Assembly: GCA_964497315.1 (NCBI GenBank)
Contig: CAZCCH010000001.1
Location: forward strand, 56,106-120,105
From: an uncultured Planctomycetia bacterium
GTDB lineage: Bacteria; Omnitrophota; Gorgyraeia; Taenaricolales; CAZCCH01
DNA length: 64,000 bases
Direction: 5' to 3'
Of the stretch, positions 19,259 to 29,769 are shown piece by piece; the first letter of the stretch is position 1; every line of letters starts with the position of its first letter. The notes under the pieces are model-generated. The model had not been told where the DNA came from. It searched no databases and saw only the letters and a program-made list of their open reading frames with translations. Position numbers and translations under genes: made by a program.

Positions 19259-21700
19259 TTACTTTTCTGAACTAAATATCAATCGGTCATTCTTCACTGA
19301 AACCATAACGGGTATATTTTCCTTTAAGGACCCTGAAATTATCTCCTCAGCCAAGGGGTCTTCAACATAGCGCTGTATGGTCCTTTTTAAGGGCCTAGCT
19401 CCAAATACCCTATCAAACCCCTTCTCTATAAGAAATTCCTTAGCCTGTTTTGTAAGCTCTATGCTTATATTTCGCTCATGCAGTCTTTTTTGAACCTCGC
19501 CCACTTCAATCTCAATTATCTTCAGTAAGTCCTTCTTTGTGAGAGAGCGAAATACTATTACATCATCAAGCCTGTTTAAAAATTCAGGCTTGAATGTTTT
19601 CTTTACTTGCTCAAGAAGCTTTTCTTTCATCTCTTTATAGACAATCTCTTCCTTTGTTGGCTTAAAGCCTATGGAGCCCTGCTTCTGTAGCATTTCAGCA
19701 CCTATGTTTGAAGTCATAATCAAGACTGTGTTTCTAAAGTCCACTTTTCTTCCAAACGAATCTGTCAAGCGTCCTTCTTCTAAAACCTGCAACAATATGT
19801 TAAAGATGTCCGGATGTGCCTTTTCAATTTCATCAAGCAAAACTACTGAATATGGTTTTCGTCTTATTTTTTCAGTCAGCTGGCCACCCTCTTCATAACC
19901 CACATATCCTGGTGGCGCACCTACGAGTCTTGAAACATTGAATTTCTCCATGTATTCAGACATATCCAGCTGAATCATTGCATCTTCATCTCCAAACAGA
20001 AATTCCGCCAATGCCCTTCCGAGGAGCGTCTTTCCAACGCCTGTGGGCCCTAAAAAAACAAATGAACCTATGGGTTTTCTTCTGTCTTTCAAACCGGCAC
20101 GTGAACGCCTAATGGCCCTTGCAATAGCACCTATCGCTTCATCTTGACCAACCACTCTTTTGTGTAAATCTTCTTCTATCTTCATAAGCTTCTCAGATTC
20201 TTTTTCCTCAAGTCGCGACAATGGAATACCCGTCCATTTAGAAATAATATAAGCAACGTCTTCTGCTGTAATCTGAGGTGTTGTTTCTGCTTGTTTCTTT
20301 TTCCATTCAGCCTTTACTTTTTCCATGTCTGCCTTGGCTGTTCTTTCCTGGTCTCTTAACTTAGCTGCCTTTTCAAAATCCTGGCCTTTAATAGCTGCCT
20401 CTTTTTCCTTTTTTAAGTTTTCTATTTTTTCCTCTATTTCTTTTATGTTGGGGGGGGCTGTCATAACAGAAAGTCTCGAACGAGCCCCAGCCTCATCTAT
20501 CACATCTATAGCCTTATCTGGCAGGTGCCTTCCAGAGATATATCTTTCTGAAAGCTCTGCAGCTGCTTTTAAGGTCTCATCTAAAATCTTTACTCTATGG
20601 TGTGCTTCATATTTATCTCTCAATCCCTTTAATATTTCAATGCTTTCCTCTACAGAAGGAGGCTCAACCATGATAGTCTGAAATCTCCTCTCTAGGGCAG
20701 CATCTTTTTCAATATGCTTGCGGTACTCAGTGAGCGTGGTAGCACCTATGCACTGGATCTCACCTCGTGAGAGAGCGGGTTTTAATATGTTCGATGCATC
20801 TATTGCTCCTTCTGCCCCACCTGCACCAACTAATGTATGCAACTCATCAATAAAGATGATGATATTTTCAGAACGTTTTATCTCATCCATTACTGCCTTT
20901 ATGCGTTCTTCAAACTGGCCTCTATATTTTGTCCCTGCCACCATAAGTGCCAAATCCAGAATAATTACTTTTTTATCTCGCAAGATTTCCGGGATATCTC
21001 CTGCTATAATCTTCTGTGCAAGCCCTTCAACTATGGCAGTCTTGCCTACACCCGCTTCACCTAAAAGCACGGGATTGTTTTTAGTCCTTCGGGACAATAT
21101 CTGTGTAACCCGCTCAATTTCATCCTTTCTTCCGATTACAGGATCTAATTTATTTTCTTTTGCCAGAATCGTTAGGTTTCGACCAAAGGCATCTAGGGCC
21201 GGGGTCTTGCCCTTTCCGCTGCCAGGTGCTCCCGGATATTCTACTTCCGTATGCCCGGGCGTGGCTGAACCTAAAAGATTCATAACTTCACCCCTAACTT
21301 TATTTAAATCTAGTCCTAAATTTTGTAAAACCTGGGCAGCAACACCTTCTCCTTCTCTAATTAATCCCAAAAGAAGATGTTCTGTGCCAATATAGTTATG
21401 TCCTAAGTTTCTTGCTTCATCCATTGCTAACTCTATAACTTTTTTTGCCTTGGGTGTAAATGGTATATCCCCTGAAACTATTGTTGTAGGGCCCGGCTGG
21501 ACTAACTTTTCTACCTCAATGCGTATTCCTTCAGGACTTAAGCCTAAATTTTGCAATACAGCAGCTGCAACACCTTCTCCTTCTCTAATTAAACCTAAAA
21601 GGATATGCTCAGTGCCAATATAATCATGATTAAATCTCTTGGCTTCTTCCTTAGCCAGCAGTATGACTTTTCTTGCTCTTTCTGTAAACCTGTTGAACAT
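19259..21700 (-). CDS. clpC: ATP-dependent Clp protease ATP-binding subunit ClpC (double Clp-N, two AAA+ modules, UVR motif)
   Basis: 813 aa. Duplicated Clp-N repeats (GTEHILLGLIREGEGVAA twice), Walker A GEAGVGKT and GPTGVGKT, and a UVR-like coiled coil. Confidence 0.9.
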   Translation of the reverse strand: MFNRFTERARKVILLAKEEAKRFNHDYIGTEHILLGLIREGEGVAAAVLQNLGLSPEGIRIEVEKLVQPGPTTIVSGDIPFTPKAKKVIELAMDEARNLGHNYIGTEHLLLGLIREGEGVAAQVLQNLGLDLNKVRGEVMNLLGSATPGHTEVEYPGAPGSGKGKTPALDAFGRNLTILAKENKLDPVIGRKDEIERVTQILSRRTKNNPVLLGEAGVGKTAIVEGLAQKIIAGDIPEILRDKKVIILDLALMVAGTKYRGQFEERIKAVMDEIKRSENIIIFIDELHTLVGAGGAEGAIDASNILKPALSRGEIQCIGATTLTEYRKHIEKDAALERRFQTIMVEPPSVEESIEILKGLRDKYEAHHRVKILDETLKAAAELSERYISGRHLPDKAIDVIDEAGARSRLSVMTAPPNIKEIEEKIENLKKEKEAAIKGQDFEKAAKLRDQERTAKADMEKVKAEWKKKQAETTPQITAEDVAYIISKWTGIPLSRLEEKESEKLMKIEEDLHKRVVGQDEAIGAIARAIRRSRAGLKDRRKPIGSFVFLGPTGVGKTLLGRALAEFLFGDEDAMIQLDMSEYMEKFNVSRLVGAPPGYVGYEEGGQLTEKIRRKPYSVVLLDEIEKAHPDIFNILLQVLEEGRLTDSFGRKVDFRNTVLIMTSNIGAEMLQKQGSIGFKPTKEEIVYKEMKEKLLEQVKKTFKPEFLNRLDDVIVFRSLTKKDLLKIIEIEVGEVQKRLHERNISIELTKQAKEFLIEKGFDRVFGARPLKRTIQRYVEDPLAEEIISGSLKENIPVMVSVKNDRLIFSSEK

Positions 21701-21715
21701 TTAATACCTCCCAAA

Positions 21716-22768
21716 TCACTTCTTTATTAACTTCGTCCTAATAAGTTCTGCTCGTTTGACATCGCGCTCATGCGCAGAAAGCATTTTTTTCTCCATCCTT
21801 TGTAAGTGGGCAGGTTGAATAGATATAAAAAGTTGGTTTATATCAGCTGTGTTGAGTTGTTTTACCAACCCCATATCTACTCCTAACCTAACCATAGACA
21901 AAAGTTCTACTGTTTCATTGCTAGTGATTATGTGTGCATTCTTCAGCGTACCATAAGCCCTAAAAATGCGATCCTCTATCTCTGTTCTATTGCGCGCCTG
22001 CAGGTCCTTCCTGGCACTTTGTTCATAACCTATAATTTGGCGTATGATTCTCTCTAAGTTATCTATTACCTCGGTTTCTGCATGTCCCAATGTAATCTGA
22101 TTAGAAATCTGAAAGAAATTACCGCTTGCTTGGGTACCTTCTCCGTATAAGCCTCTAGCCGTAAGGTTTAATTTTGAAATTGCCTGTATAACGCGGTTTA
22201 TCTGCTTAGTCATCACCAAAGCTGGCAAATGGAGCATTACAGAAGCCCTCATTCCTGTGCCTGTATTAGTCGGGCAAGCTGCCAAAAACCCAAAATCCAA
22301 AGAAAACGCATAATTTAATAGCGTGCCTAGATCTGAGTCAATCCTGTCTATAATACGCCAGGCTTCATTCAAATTCAGACCTGATTGAATCACTTGAATA
22401 CGCAAGTGATCTTCTTCGTTTATCATTATTGATATGATTTCTTTCTCGCTTATGGCAACTGCCTTGCTATCTTGGCCCACTAAATGTTCCTTACTAACCA
22501 GATGGCGCTCTAATAAGAATTGCTTGTCTATATTGCTCAAGCCCTCTAATTCTAGGAAAAGTGCACCTTTCATAAATAGGTTTTCTGATATTGCATCTTT
22601 GCAGACTCGCAAGACATCCTGCCTTTGTTTTTTGCTCGCTCTTTGTGTGAATGTATACTTGGCTAAATTTCTTGCCAGGCGTATCCTGCTAGATATGACA
22701 ATATCGGAATTAGGGCCTGAGGCTTTTAGCCATTCGCTCGTTTGTTTTACTAAATCGTTCAACTTCAT
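21716..22768 (-). CDS. mcsB: Protein arginine kinase McsB (ATP:guanido phosphotransferase)
   Basis: 350 aa phosphagen-kinase catalytic-domain homolog, immediately upstream of clpC and downstream of mcsA. Confidence 0.8.
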   Translation of the reverse strand: MKLNDLVKQTSEWLKASGPNSDIVISSRIRLARNLAKYTFTQRASKKQRQDVLRVCKDAISENLFMKGALFLELEGLSNIDKQFLLERHLVSKEHLVGQDSKAVAISEKEIISIMINEEDHLRIQVIQSGLNLNEAWRIIDRIDSDLGTLLNYAFSLDFGFLAACPTNTGTGMRASVMLHLPALVMTKQINRVIQAISKLNLTARGLYGEGTQASGNFFQISNQITLGHAETEVIDNLERIIRQIIGYEQSARKDLQARNRTEIEDRIFRAYGTLKNAHIITSNETVELLSMVRLGVDMGLVKQLNTADINQLFISIQPAHLQRMEKKMLSAHERDVKRAELIRTKLIKK

Positions 22769-23271
22769 TTTTTTCCTCTCTGGGTTTTCCCTAATTCTTT
22801 TATCTTGTCTCTTATCTTCGCAGCTTCTTCAAATTCTTCCATCTCAATTGCCCTATGCAATTTTGCTTTTAATTGTTGCAGTTGAGAAGGTACGCCTTTT
22901 GCAACATGACTCTTTGGCATAGTCGTTTTGCCTATATGTTGAGTTGAACCATGAATCCTTTTTAAAAGAGGTAGCAGGTTTTTCTTAAAGGCCTTATAGC
23001 AGTCCCCGCAGCCAAACCTACCGCTTTTTTTAAAATCATAATAGCTAAGCCCGCATTTTGGACATTTTAACTTGCTATCAATGTCAACTTCTGCCTGTTC
23101 GCCAATATCGGCTAGACCAGCTAAAAGATCAGATAGGCCGAAGTGCTTTTCCATCTGCGCCCCTTTTTTCTTAGCACATCCCTCGCAAAGATGTAGTTCA
23201 GTCATCTGTTCATCTATTATCTCTGTCAGATGGACCGTTGCCTGAGTTTTACCGCAAATATCACATAACAT
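22765..23271 (-). CDS. mcsA: McsA (zinc-finger + UVR domain activator of McsB)
   Basis: 168 aa. CxxC pairs (CDICG, CEGC, CPKCG, CGDC) and a C-terminal UVR motif EEFEEAAKIRDKIKEL. Confidence 0.75.
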   Translation of the reverse strand: MLCDICGKTQATVHLTEIIDEQMTELHLCEGCAKKKGAQMEKHFGLSDLLAGLADIGEQAEVDIDSKLKCPKCGLSYYDFKKSGRFGCGDCYKAFKKNLLPLLKRIHGSTQHIGKTTMPKSHVAKGVPSQLQQLKAKLHRAIEMEEFEEAAKIRDKIKELGKTQRGKK

Positions 23272-23282
23272 TCTATTCTCCT

Positions 23283-24155
23283 TTAATACTTCGCTCCATC
23301 AACCTTTGTTAATTTTCTAAATTCTTTCAGTAACTTTAAGGTCGCTTTACCTGGTTTACCGCTGCCAATAATCCTGCTGTCTATTTTTACAACAGGTATT
23401 ATCTCAGCTGCAGTCCCGGTAAGAAAACATTCATCTGCATTAAAAAGGTCGTGTCTAGTTAAAACTTCTTCTTGCACGCATAATTTTTGCTTTTTTGCTA
23501 ACTTTATTACGGCATCCCTTGTAATACCCCTTAGGGCACCCGCATAAATTGGGGGGGTGAAGATACAATTTTGCTTGATGATAAAAATATTATCCCCCGT
23601 GCATTCAGCTACAAAACCTTCAGAATTTAGCATTATCGCCTCTTCAAATCCACAGTTAGTTGCCTCAATCTTAGCCAAAATGTTATTGAGGTAGTTCAAA
23701 GACTTAATTTGTGGATTGACGGCCTCTGGAATATTGCGCTGAGTGGCAACAGTAATAATCTTAAGACCTTTTCTGTAGAACTCTTCAGGATACAGTGCGA
23801 TTTTATCTGTAATTATAAACACATTGGCTCTCTTGCACTTTCTGGGATCAAGACCCAAGTCACCCTCTCCCCTTGTAACCACAAGGCGTATATAGGCGTT
23901 TTTTAAACCATTGGCCTTTAAGGTCTTCACAACAGCCTTTATCATATTTTGTTTTGTCATAGGAATTTTCAGCATGATAGTATGCGCTGACTCATAAAGC
24001 CTATCAATGTGTTCTTTTAGTTTAAACACAAGGCCATTATAAGAGCGTATTCCTTCAAAAACTCCATCGCCGTATAAAAGCCCGTGGTCAAAAACTGAAA
24101 TCTTTGCATCTTTCTTATCTACCAATTCTCCGTTTAAATAGATCTTGATGCTCAT
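23283..24155 (-). CDS. ilvE: Branched-chain amino acid aminotransferase (PLP fold type IV)
   Basis: 290 aa. GDGVFEGIRSY and a class IV aminotransferase lysine region. Confidence 0.7.
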   Translation of the reverse strand: MSIKIYLNGELVDKKDAKISVFDHGLLYGDGVFEGIRSYNGLVFKLKEHIDRLYESAHTIMLKIPMTKQNMIKAVVKTLKANGLKNAYIRLVVTRGEGDLGLDPRKCKRANVFIITDKIALYPEEFYRKGLKIITVATQRNIPEAVNPQIKSLNYLNNILAKIEATNCGFEEAIMLNSEGFVAECTGDNIFIIKQNCIFTPPIYAGALRGITRDAVIKLAKKQKLCVQEEVLTRHDLFNADECFLTGTAAEIIPVVKIDSRIIGSGKPGKATLKLLKEFRKLTKVDGAKY

Positions 24156-24173
24156 TTAGTCCTCCTTATAAAA

Positions 24174-24845
24174 TCAAACAAATAGTCCGTCTTTTATATG
24201 AAATGCCTTATCTGCTAACTTGGCAATATCTTGTTCGTGCGTCACTAATATTATTGTCAGTCCTTTTTCTTTATTTAACCTTAACAAAAATTGTAAGATC
24301 TGATTGCCGGTTTCTGAATCCAGGTTGCCTGTAGGTTCATCACAAAATAGGATATCCGGTTCATTCATTAGTGCCCTGACTATAGCCGTCCTTTGCTGTT
24401 CTCCTCCAGATAGCTGATGGGGCTTGTGATTAAGCCTATTGCTAAGACCTACAATATCCAATAACTCACCAGCTTTCTTTTTTATCTGCAAAGTCGCTTG
24501 CCGGCGATTTTTATCTATCAATACTGGTAATAATGCGTTCTCAAGTGCTGAAAATCCAGGCATAAGATGATAAAACTGAAACACAAACCCTATTCTTTTA
24601 TTTCTTATCTGGGCCCTTTTTTGCTCGTTGGTTCTGTAAAAATCAATTCCATCAAAGTTAACCCTACCCTTTGTTGGTCTATCAAGGCCACCTAATATAT
24701 GCAGCAAGGTTGACTTACCAGCACCGGAAGGCCCTAGTATTGAAACAAATTCTTCCTTTCGTACTTTTAAGCTTATCCCTTTAAGAACGTGCAATTTTTT
24801 GCTGCCCACACAATAGCTTTTATGTAAATCGCACGCTTCAATCAT
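24174..24845 (-). CDS. lolD: ABC transporter ATP-binding protein, LolD/MacB-like
   Basis: 223 aa. Walker A GPSGAGKST, LSGGEQQR and Walker B ILFCDEPTGNLD. Confidence 0.7.
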   Translation of the reverse strand: MIEACDLHKSYCVGSKKLHVLKGISLKVRKEEFVSILGPSGAGKSTLLHILGGLDRPTKGRVNFDGIDFYRTNEQKRAQIRNKRIGFVFQFYHLMPGFSALENALLPVLIDKNRRQATLQIKKKAGELLDIVGLSNRLNHKPHQLSGGEQQRTAIVRALMNEPDILFCDEPTGNLDSETGNQILQFLLRLNKEKGLTIILVTHEQDIAKLADKAFHIKDGLFV

Positions 24846-26020
24846 TCGTATCTAAGTGCCTCAACTGGTTCAAGTCTCGATGCCTGCCAAGCAGGATAAA
24901 CGGTAGCTAAAAAACTTATGACAATAGCGGCAACTGCTACTAAGCCTAAGTCCATCCATTGAATTTCTATCGGCAGTTTATCTATATAATAAATATCTTT
25001 TGGCAGCTGAATAATTTGGTAACGTCCAAGCAAAAAAGAAAACCCTATCCCAGAAATTAAACCTAAAAGTGTTCCTGCCACACCTATCAACAAGCCCTCT
25101 ATAGTAAATATAGCATGAATGGATTTATTGGTCGCGCCCATAGATTTAAGTATGCCTATATCTTTTACTTTTTCAGTAACCATCATTATCAAGGTACTTG
25201 CAATATTAAAACTAGCTACTACAACTATTAAAACTAAAATAATAAACATCGCTGTTTTTTCTAATTTTAAAGCATTAAAAAGATTTTTGTTTATATCCAT
25301 CCAGCTTCTTATTACAAAGGAAAACCCTAGCCTTTCCTGCATTATGCGTTTCATTCTTTTTGCATGATATGGATCCTTTAATCTTACCCCTATTCCAGTT
25401 ACCCTGTTACCTAAATTAAAAATTTCCTTGGCATCGTGAATATTTGTAAATACCAAATTCATATCATAGTCATACATGCCGGATGTAAAAATCCCGCTTA
25501 TCGCAAATCTATATTGCTTCCCGCCTGAAGGGGAAACCATGGTTATTGAGTTACCGATATCTAAATTAAAACTATTGGCTAGTTCACTTCCTACAAGTAC
25601 TCCCCCCACCCCTGGTAGTTTTCCAGCTTTTAAATATTTTTTGATTTGGGTAACCTTCGTTTCTTTCTTCGGCTCAATGCCCCGCACAACTACACCGCGG
25701 GTAGACTTGCCACGCTGAAGGATTGTCTGGCCCATAATAAAGGGTGAGCTCTCTAGGACCTCGGGAAAATGCTTTACTTCATCCATCACAACCTTATAAT
25801 CTTCCATTGGGGCATTGGATTCAACTAAAATATGGGCATTTGCACCTACGATTTTATCTTTCAGCTCTTTGTCAAACCCAGCCATCACTGCCTGCACTAC
25901 TATAATGCATGCCACCCCAATTGCAATGCCCAGTATGGCGATAATGCTAATCAAAGATAAAAATCTTTCTCTTTGTTTGGTAATTAGATATCTTAGTGCT
26001 ATAAAAAACTCATACCTCAT
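24842..26020 (-). CDS. FtsX-like permease (LolC/LolE family)
   Basis: 392 aa. N-terminal TM, a large periplasmic loop and three C-terminal TM helices (FtsX/MacB fold). Overlaps lolD. Confidence 0.7.
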   Translation of the reverse strand: MRYEFFIALRYLITKQRERFLSLISIIAILGIAIGVACIIVVQAVMAGFDKELKDKIVGANAHILVESNAPMEDYKVVMDEVKHFPEVLESSPFIMGQTILQRGKSTRGVVVRGIEPKKETKVTQIKKYLKAGKLPGVGGVLVGSELANSFNLDIGNSITMVSPSGGKQYRFAISGIFTSGMYDYDMNLVFTNIHDAKEIFNLGNRVTGIGVRLKDPYHAKRMKRIMQERLGFSFVIRSWMDINKNLFNALKLEKTAMFIILVLIVVVASFNIASTLIMMVTEKVKDIGILKSMGATNKSIHAIFTIEGLLIGVAGTLLGLISGIGFSFLLGRYQIIQLPKDIYYIDKLPIEIQWMDLGLVAVAAIVISFLATVYPAWQASRLEPVEALRYE

Positions 26021-27063
26021 ATTAAGCCTTTTACCTTCTCGCGATCGCTTATATGTAAAACTAGGGTTTCATTAGTTATCTTGCCATCTCTGTGCAGCTT
26101 TAATAATGCCTGATCCATAGATTGCATACCATGCTTGGAACCTGTTTCAATCAAGACGTCAATCTGATGGGTGTTGCCTTCTCTTATGAGATTGCGCACA
26201 GCTGGTGTTACTATCAATATTTCACATGCAACAATCTGTCCGCCGCCCCTTTTGGGGACTAACTGCTGGCTAACTATACCCTCCAGGGTAATAGCTAGCT
26301 GATATCTTATCTGTTGCTGTTGAGTAGGTGGGAAAACATCTATTATCCTATCTATCGTTTGACTTGCATTTAAAGTGTGAAGCGTTCCAAACACAAGGTG
26401 TCCGGTTTCAGCGGCTGTTACTGCCGCTGCTATAGTCTCTAAATCCCTCATCTCTCCAATCATAACTACATCTGGGTTTTGTCTTAGGACATATTTTAAA
26501 GCAGAGGCAAATGACATGGTGTCATTGCCGACTTCTCGTTGTTCTACAACCCCTTTTTCGTGCGCATACAAAAATTCTATTGGATCTTCTACTGTTATCA
26601 CATGGGAATTTCTATTCTCGTTTATATGGCTAACCAGGGTGGCAAGAGTAGTGGATTTTCCACTTGCAGCCCTACCTGTAACCAACACAAAACCGTGGTC
26701 AAGCTTGCAAAATTTAATAAGTATATCCGGTAGGTACAATTCTTTAAAACCGGGTATCTCTTTAGGAATTGTCCTGATGCTTGCTGCTACGCTACTTCTT
26801 TGAAAGTGGACATTAACCCTAAAACGACTTAAGCCTGGTATATCATAGGTGAAATCTAATTCCCTGTTTTTCTCTAATCTCTTAATTTGATTTTCATTAA
26901 GAAGGCTGTAGATTAAATCCTTGCAATCTTTGGGAGACAGAATACCCAAATCCATTTTTGTCATCTGTCCTTCTATTCTTAAAACCGGCGGTACCCCTAC
27001 AGTTAAAAGCAAGTCTGAGGCATTAGCCTCTGCACTCCTTTGTAGTAACTCTAAAGTTTCCAT
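26017..27063 (-). CDS. pilT: Type IV pilus retraction ATPase PilT
   Basis: 348 aa. Walker A TGRAASGKSTT and the PilT-specific AVRNLIREG motif. Confidence 0.8.
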   Translation of the reverse strand: METLELLQRSAEANASDLLLTVGVPPVLRIEGQMTKMDLGILSPKDCKDLIYSLLNENQIKRLEKNRELDFTYDIPGLSRFRVNVHFQRSSVAASIRTIPKEIPGFKELYLPDILIKFCKLDHGFVLVTGRAASGKSTTLATLVSHINENRNSHVITVEDPIEFLYAHEKGVVEQREVGNDTMSFASALKYVLRQNPDVVMIGEMRDLETIAAAVTAAETGHLVFGTLHTLNASQTIDRIIDVFPPTQQQQIRYQLAITLEGIVSQQLVPKRGGGQIVACEILIVTPAVRNLIREGNTHQIDVLIETGSKHGMQSMDQALLKLHRDGKITNETLVLHISDREKVKGLI

Positions 27064-27099
27064 AATTATATTTCCTCCGTTACAATTTTAAAGCAAGAG

Positions 27100-27786
27100 T
27101 TAATCTTTCTTTAGTTTTTTAATAGTATTCCTGCGACCCACTATAATCAAACTGTCTCCTTCTTGAATTTTGTCTTCAGCTTTAGGTGTAATATTCAAAA
27201 CTTCCTGGACTTCCTCTATGCCTTTTTTTGTTGTGGTCTTGCGCTTACTTTTTATGGCAATAACGTTGGCATCATATTTAACGCGCAGGCGCAGCTGCTC
27301 TAAGGTCTTGCCTAAAAAATCCTGCGGAGGTATTGTTTCAAAAATGCTATACCCAGAGGAAAGATTTATTTGCTCTATCACATCAGGCAATATAAGGCTA
27401 TGCGCAAGTTTTGCACCCATGTCTATCTCTGGGGAGACGATTCTAGTAGCACCTACCTTCTTAAGAACATTTGCCTGTGTTTTTGTAATTGCCTTTGCTA
27501 TAATCTCTCTTATCCCTATTTCTTTTAGCGCTAAAGTTACTAAGATAGATGCGTCCAAGCGAGTACCTATGGAGACTATTGCAACATCCACATCCTTAAT
27601 ACCAACTGAACGAAGCGTCTTTTCATCTGCAGCATCAATGCAGACAGCATTTGTTGCAAACTCCGAGGCTTCCTGAACTAGTTCTTCGTTAATATCGATT
27701 ACCAAGACTTGTTGGCCTAGCTCTGTCAATGTCTTGGCAACGCTTAAGCCAAACCTTCCCAGCCCTATAACTGCAAATTGTGCCAT
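27100..27786 (-). CDS. trkA: Potassium transporter peripheral subunit TrkA/KtrA (RCK_N + RCK_C)
   Basis: 228 aa. Rossmann GLGRFG motif. Confidence 0.8.
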   Translation of the reverse strand: MAQFAVIGLGRFGLSVAKTLTELGQQVLVIDINEELVQEASEFATNAVCIDAADEKTLRSVGIKDVDVAIVSIGTRLDASILVTLALKEIGIREIIAKAITKTQANVLKKVGATRIVSPEIDMGAKLAHSLILPDVIEQINLSSGYSIFETIPPQDFLGKTLEQLRLRVKYDANVIAIKSKRKTTTKKGIEEVQEVLNITPKAEDKIQEGDSLIIVGRRNTIKKLKKD

Positions 27787-27800
27787 GCCTTCCTCCTGTA

Positions 27801-29168
27801 TTATCCAACCATTATGCGTTCTTCTGGATATATAAAACTTACCTTTTCTTCTCTTACTGCAACTGCCATTGCTAGGGTTAATGGTCCTATCCTACCTACA
27901 AGCATAGTAACAGTAATTAATGCTTTACCTAACACAGAAAGTCCTTGTGTTATTCCTGTAGTTAGTCCGACTGTTCCAAAAGCAGATGTGACCTCGAATA
28001 GGTTATTTATCAAAAAGTTTCCACTGGAAATGTTTTTCCCTTCCGCAATTGACAATAGAAAGGTAAACACAAATACCCAGCTTAAAGATAAAAGTAATAT
28101 TACAAATGCCCTGCGAAATATTGTTCTGGGGATGCTTTTTCTAAACATGGAAATGCGTCCCCTATTTTTCATCATCGCCCAAACAGCTGCTATTAATACA
28201 CCTATCGTAGCTGTCTTTACGCCTCCTCCAGTAGAGCCAGGAGAAGCACCTATAAACATAAATATAAGAAGTAAAAAAAGTGTGGGAGAAGCAAATCTTG
28301 CTGTTGGCAACGTATTGAATCCTGCTGTACGCGGTGTAACTGAATGAAAATAACAAGAAAGTATTTTTTCTTTAAGGCTCATGCCAGCTAGCGTATTATT
28401 TCCTTCTAGAATAAACATTCCAACAAAGGCCAACAGTATCAAACAAAAAGAAATGAGCAAAACCATTTTTGTCTGTAAGCTTAACTTTGAAAAAAAGAAA
28501 CGGGGACCTTTCTTTAGGAATTTAATATTTCTTAAGTCTATTAAAACCAAAAATCCCAATCCGCCCAATATGATTAAGCTTGTCATGATTAAATTTATGC
28601 TAGCATCAGACCTAAAACCACTAAAGCTATCTTTGTAGAGACTAAAACCCGCATTACAAAATGCTGATACTGAATGAAATATGCTTTCGTAAGCAATTCT
28701 AAGATTATTGATCTCTAAATTGTTTGACCATTTAAGATATAATAATCCAGCACCTATGAGTTCAATAGTAAACGTCAACAACAATATATATTTTATTAAA
28801 CTACGAAGGTTCTCTACCTTGTGATGGTCTAAAGCGCTTTGCACAACAAGATTATCTTTTATCGTAAGCTTCCTGCCTAAAATGATTGCAAAGGCTGTAG
28901 AAAATGTCATAATGCCCAAGCCTCCCAATTGAATTAGGCAGAGTATAACAATTTGGCCAAAGGGTGTAAAGAAACTAGCGGTGTCTTTGACAACCAGGCC
29001 TGTTACACAGGTTGCACTTGTGGCAGTAAAAATTGCATCTACCAATTTAATGCCTGTATAGGTAGAGATAGGCAAACTCAAAAGTATTGTCCCAACGAAA
29101 ATCGCCAGCAGGAAACTACCTATTATTGCCTGCGGGGGGTTTAGCCTAAAAGAACCAACCCTTGCCAA
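27801..29168 (-). CDS. trkH: Potassium uptake protein TrkH/KtrB
   Basis: 455 aa polytopic protein with repeated GLG-type selectivity-filter motifs (QLGGLGIM, LGGLGFL, GASPGSTGGG). Confidence 0.8.
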   Translation of the reverse strand: MARVGSFRLNPPQAIIGSFLLAIFVGTILLSLPISTYTGIKLVDAIFTATSATCVTGLVVKDTASFFTPFGQIVILCLIQLGGLGIMTFSTAFAIILGRKLTIKDNLVVQSALDHHKVENLRSLIKYILLLTFTIELIGAGLLYLKWSNNLEINNLRIAYESIFHSVSAFCNAGFSLYKDSFSGFRSDASINLIMTSLIILGGLGFLVLIDLRNIKFLKKGPRFFFSKLSLQTKMVLLISFCLILLAFVGMFILEGNNTLAGMSLKEKILSCYFHSVTPRTAGFNTLPTARFASPTLFLLLIFMFIGASPGSTGGGVKTATIGVLIAAVWAMMKNRGRISMFRKSIPRTIFRRAFVILLLSLSWVFVFTFLLSIAEGKNISSGNFLINNLFEVTSAFGTVGLTTGITQGLSVLGKALITVTMLVGRIGPLTLAMAVAVREEKVSFIYPEERIMVG

Positions 29169-29174
29169 TTTTGT

Positions 29175-29540
29175 TTATCCTTTCAGTTTTAATGCCTGTT
29201 TAGCAGTTTTTACTAACTCTGCAAAGGCTTGTTTATCACTTACAGCCAATTCTGCTATAAGCTTCCTGTTGATTCCCACCTTGGCCTTTTTTAATCCATT
29301 CATGAATTTGCTATAAGACAAACCTGAGGGCTTGACTGCTGCGTTTATCCTAGCAACCCATAAAGACCTAAAGGAACGTTTTTTTACTCTTCTGTCTCTG
29401 TAGGCATAGTATAGCGCACGCCTGACAGACTCAACAGCCGTCCTATAAAGCTTAGACCTTCCTCCTCTAAAGCCCTTGGCCCGCTTTAAAATTTTCTTCT
29501 TTCTTTTCTTTCTAGCAACGCTATGTCTAGTCTTTGGCAT
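29175..29540 (-). CDS. rplT: 50S ribosomal protein L20
   Basis: 121 aa. [27 protein letters not shown]. Confidence 0.95.
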   Translation of the reverse strand: MPKTRHSVARKKRKKKILKRAKGFRGGRSKLYRTAVESVRRALYYAYRDRRVKKRSFRSLWVARINAAVKPSGLSYSKFMNGLKKAKVGINRKLIAELAVSDKQAFAELVKTAKQALKLKG

Positions 29541-29553
29541 CTTTATTTACCTT

Positions 29554-29751
29554 TCATTTGTACGGTAGTAACTTCTTTATCTTCTTGCTCTCGCTCTTCC
29601 TTAGCAAGCTTTTTCTTTTTAGTTTTCTTTTTCTCTTTCTAGATTTTTTTGTTAAGATGTGGCCTTTAAAGGCCTTGGCTCTTTTTACTTTGCCGCTTTT
29701 TGTAAGCTTAAACCGCTTAGCAACAGCTCTTCTTGTCTTTAACTTAGGCAT
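29554..29751 (-). CDS. rpmI: 50S ribosomal protein L35
   Basis: 65 aa. [24 protein letters not shown]. Confidence 0.9.
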   Translation of the reverse strand: MPKLKTRRAVAKRFKLTKSGKVKRAKAFKGHILTKKSRKRKRKLKRKSLLRKSESKKIKKLLPYK

Positions 29752-29769
29752 GCAAATCCCTCCTTAGCT

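Noticed and set aside
20718-21395. 225-aa plus-strand ORF inside clpC
   Set aside because: It is antisense to the well-conserved ClpC AAA+ module and has no recognisable motif. It is a spurious ORF.
27778-28347. 189-aa plus-strand ORF overlapping trkH
   Set aside because: It is antisense to the TrkH selectivity-filter repeats. It is a spurious ORF.
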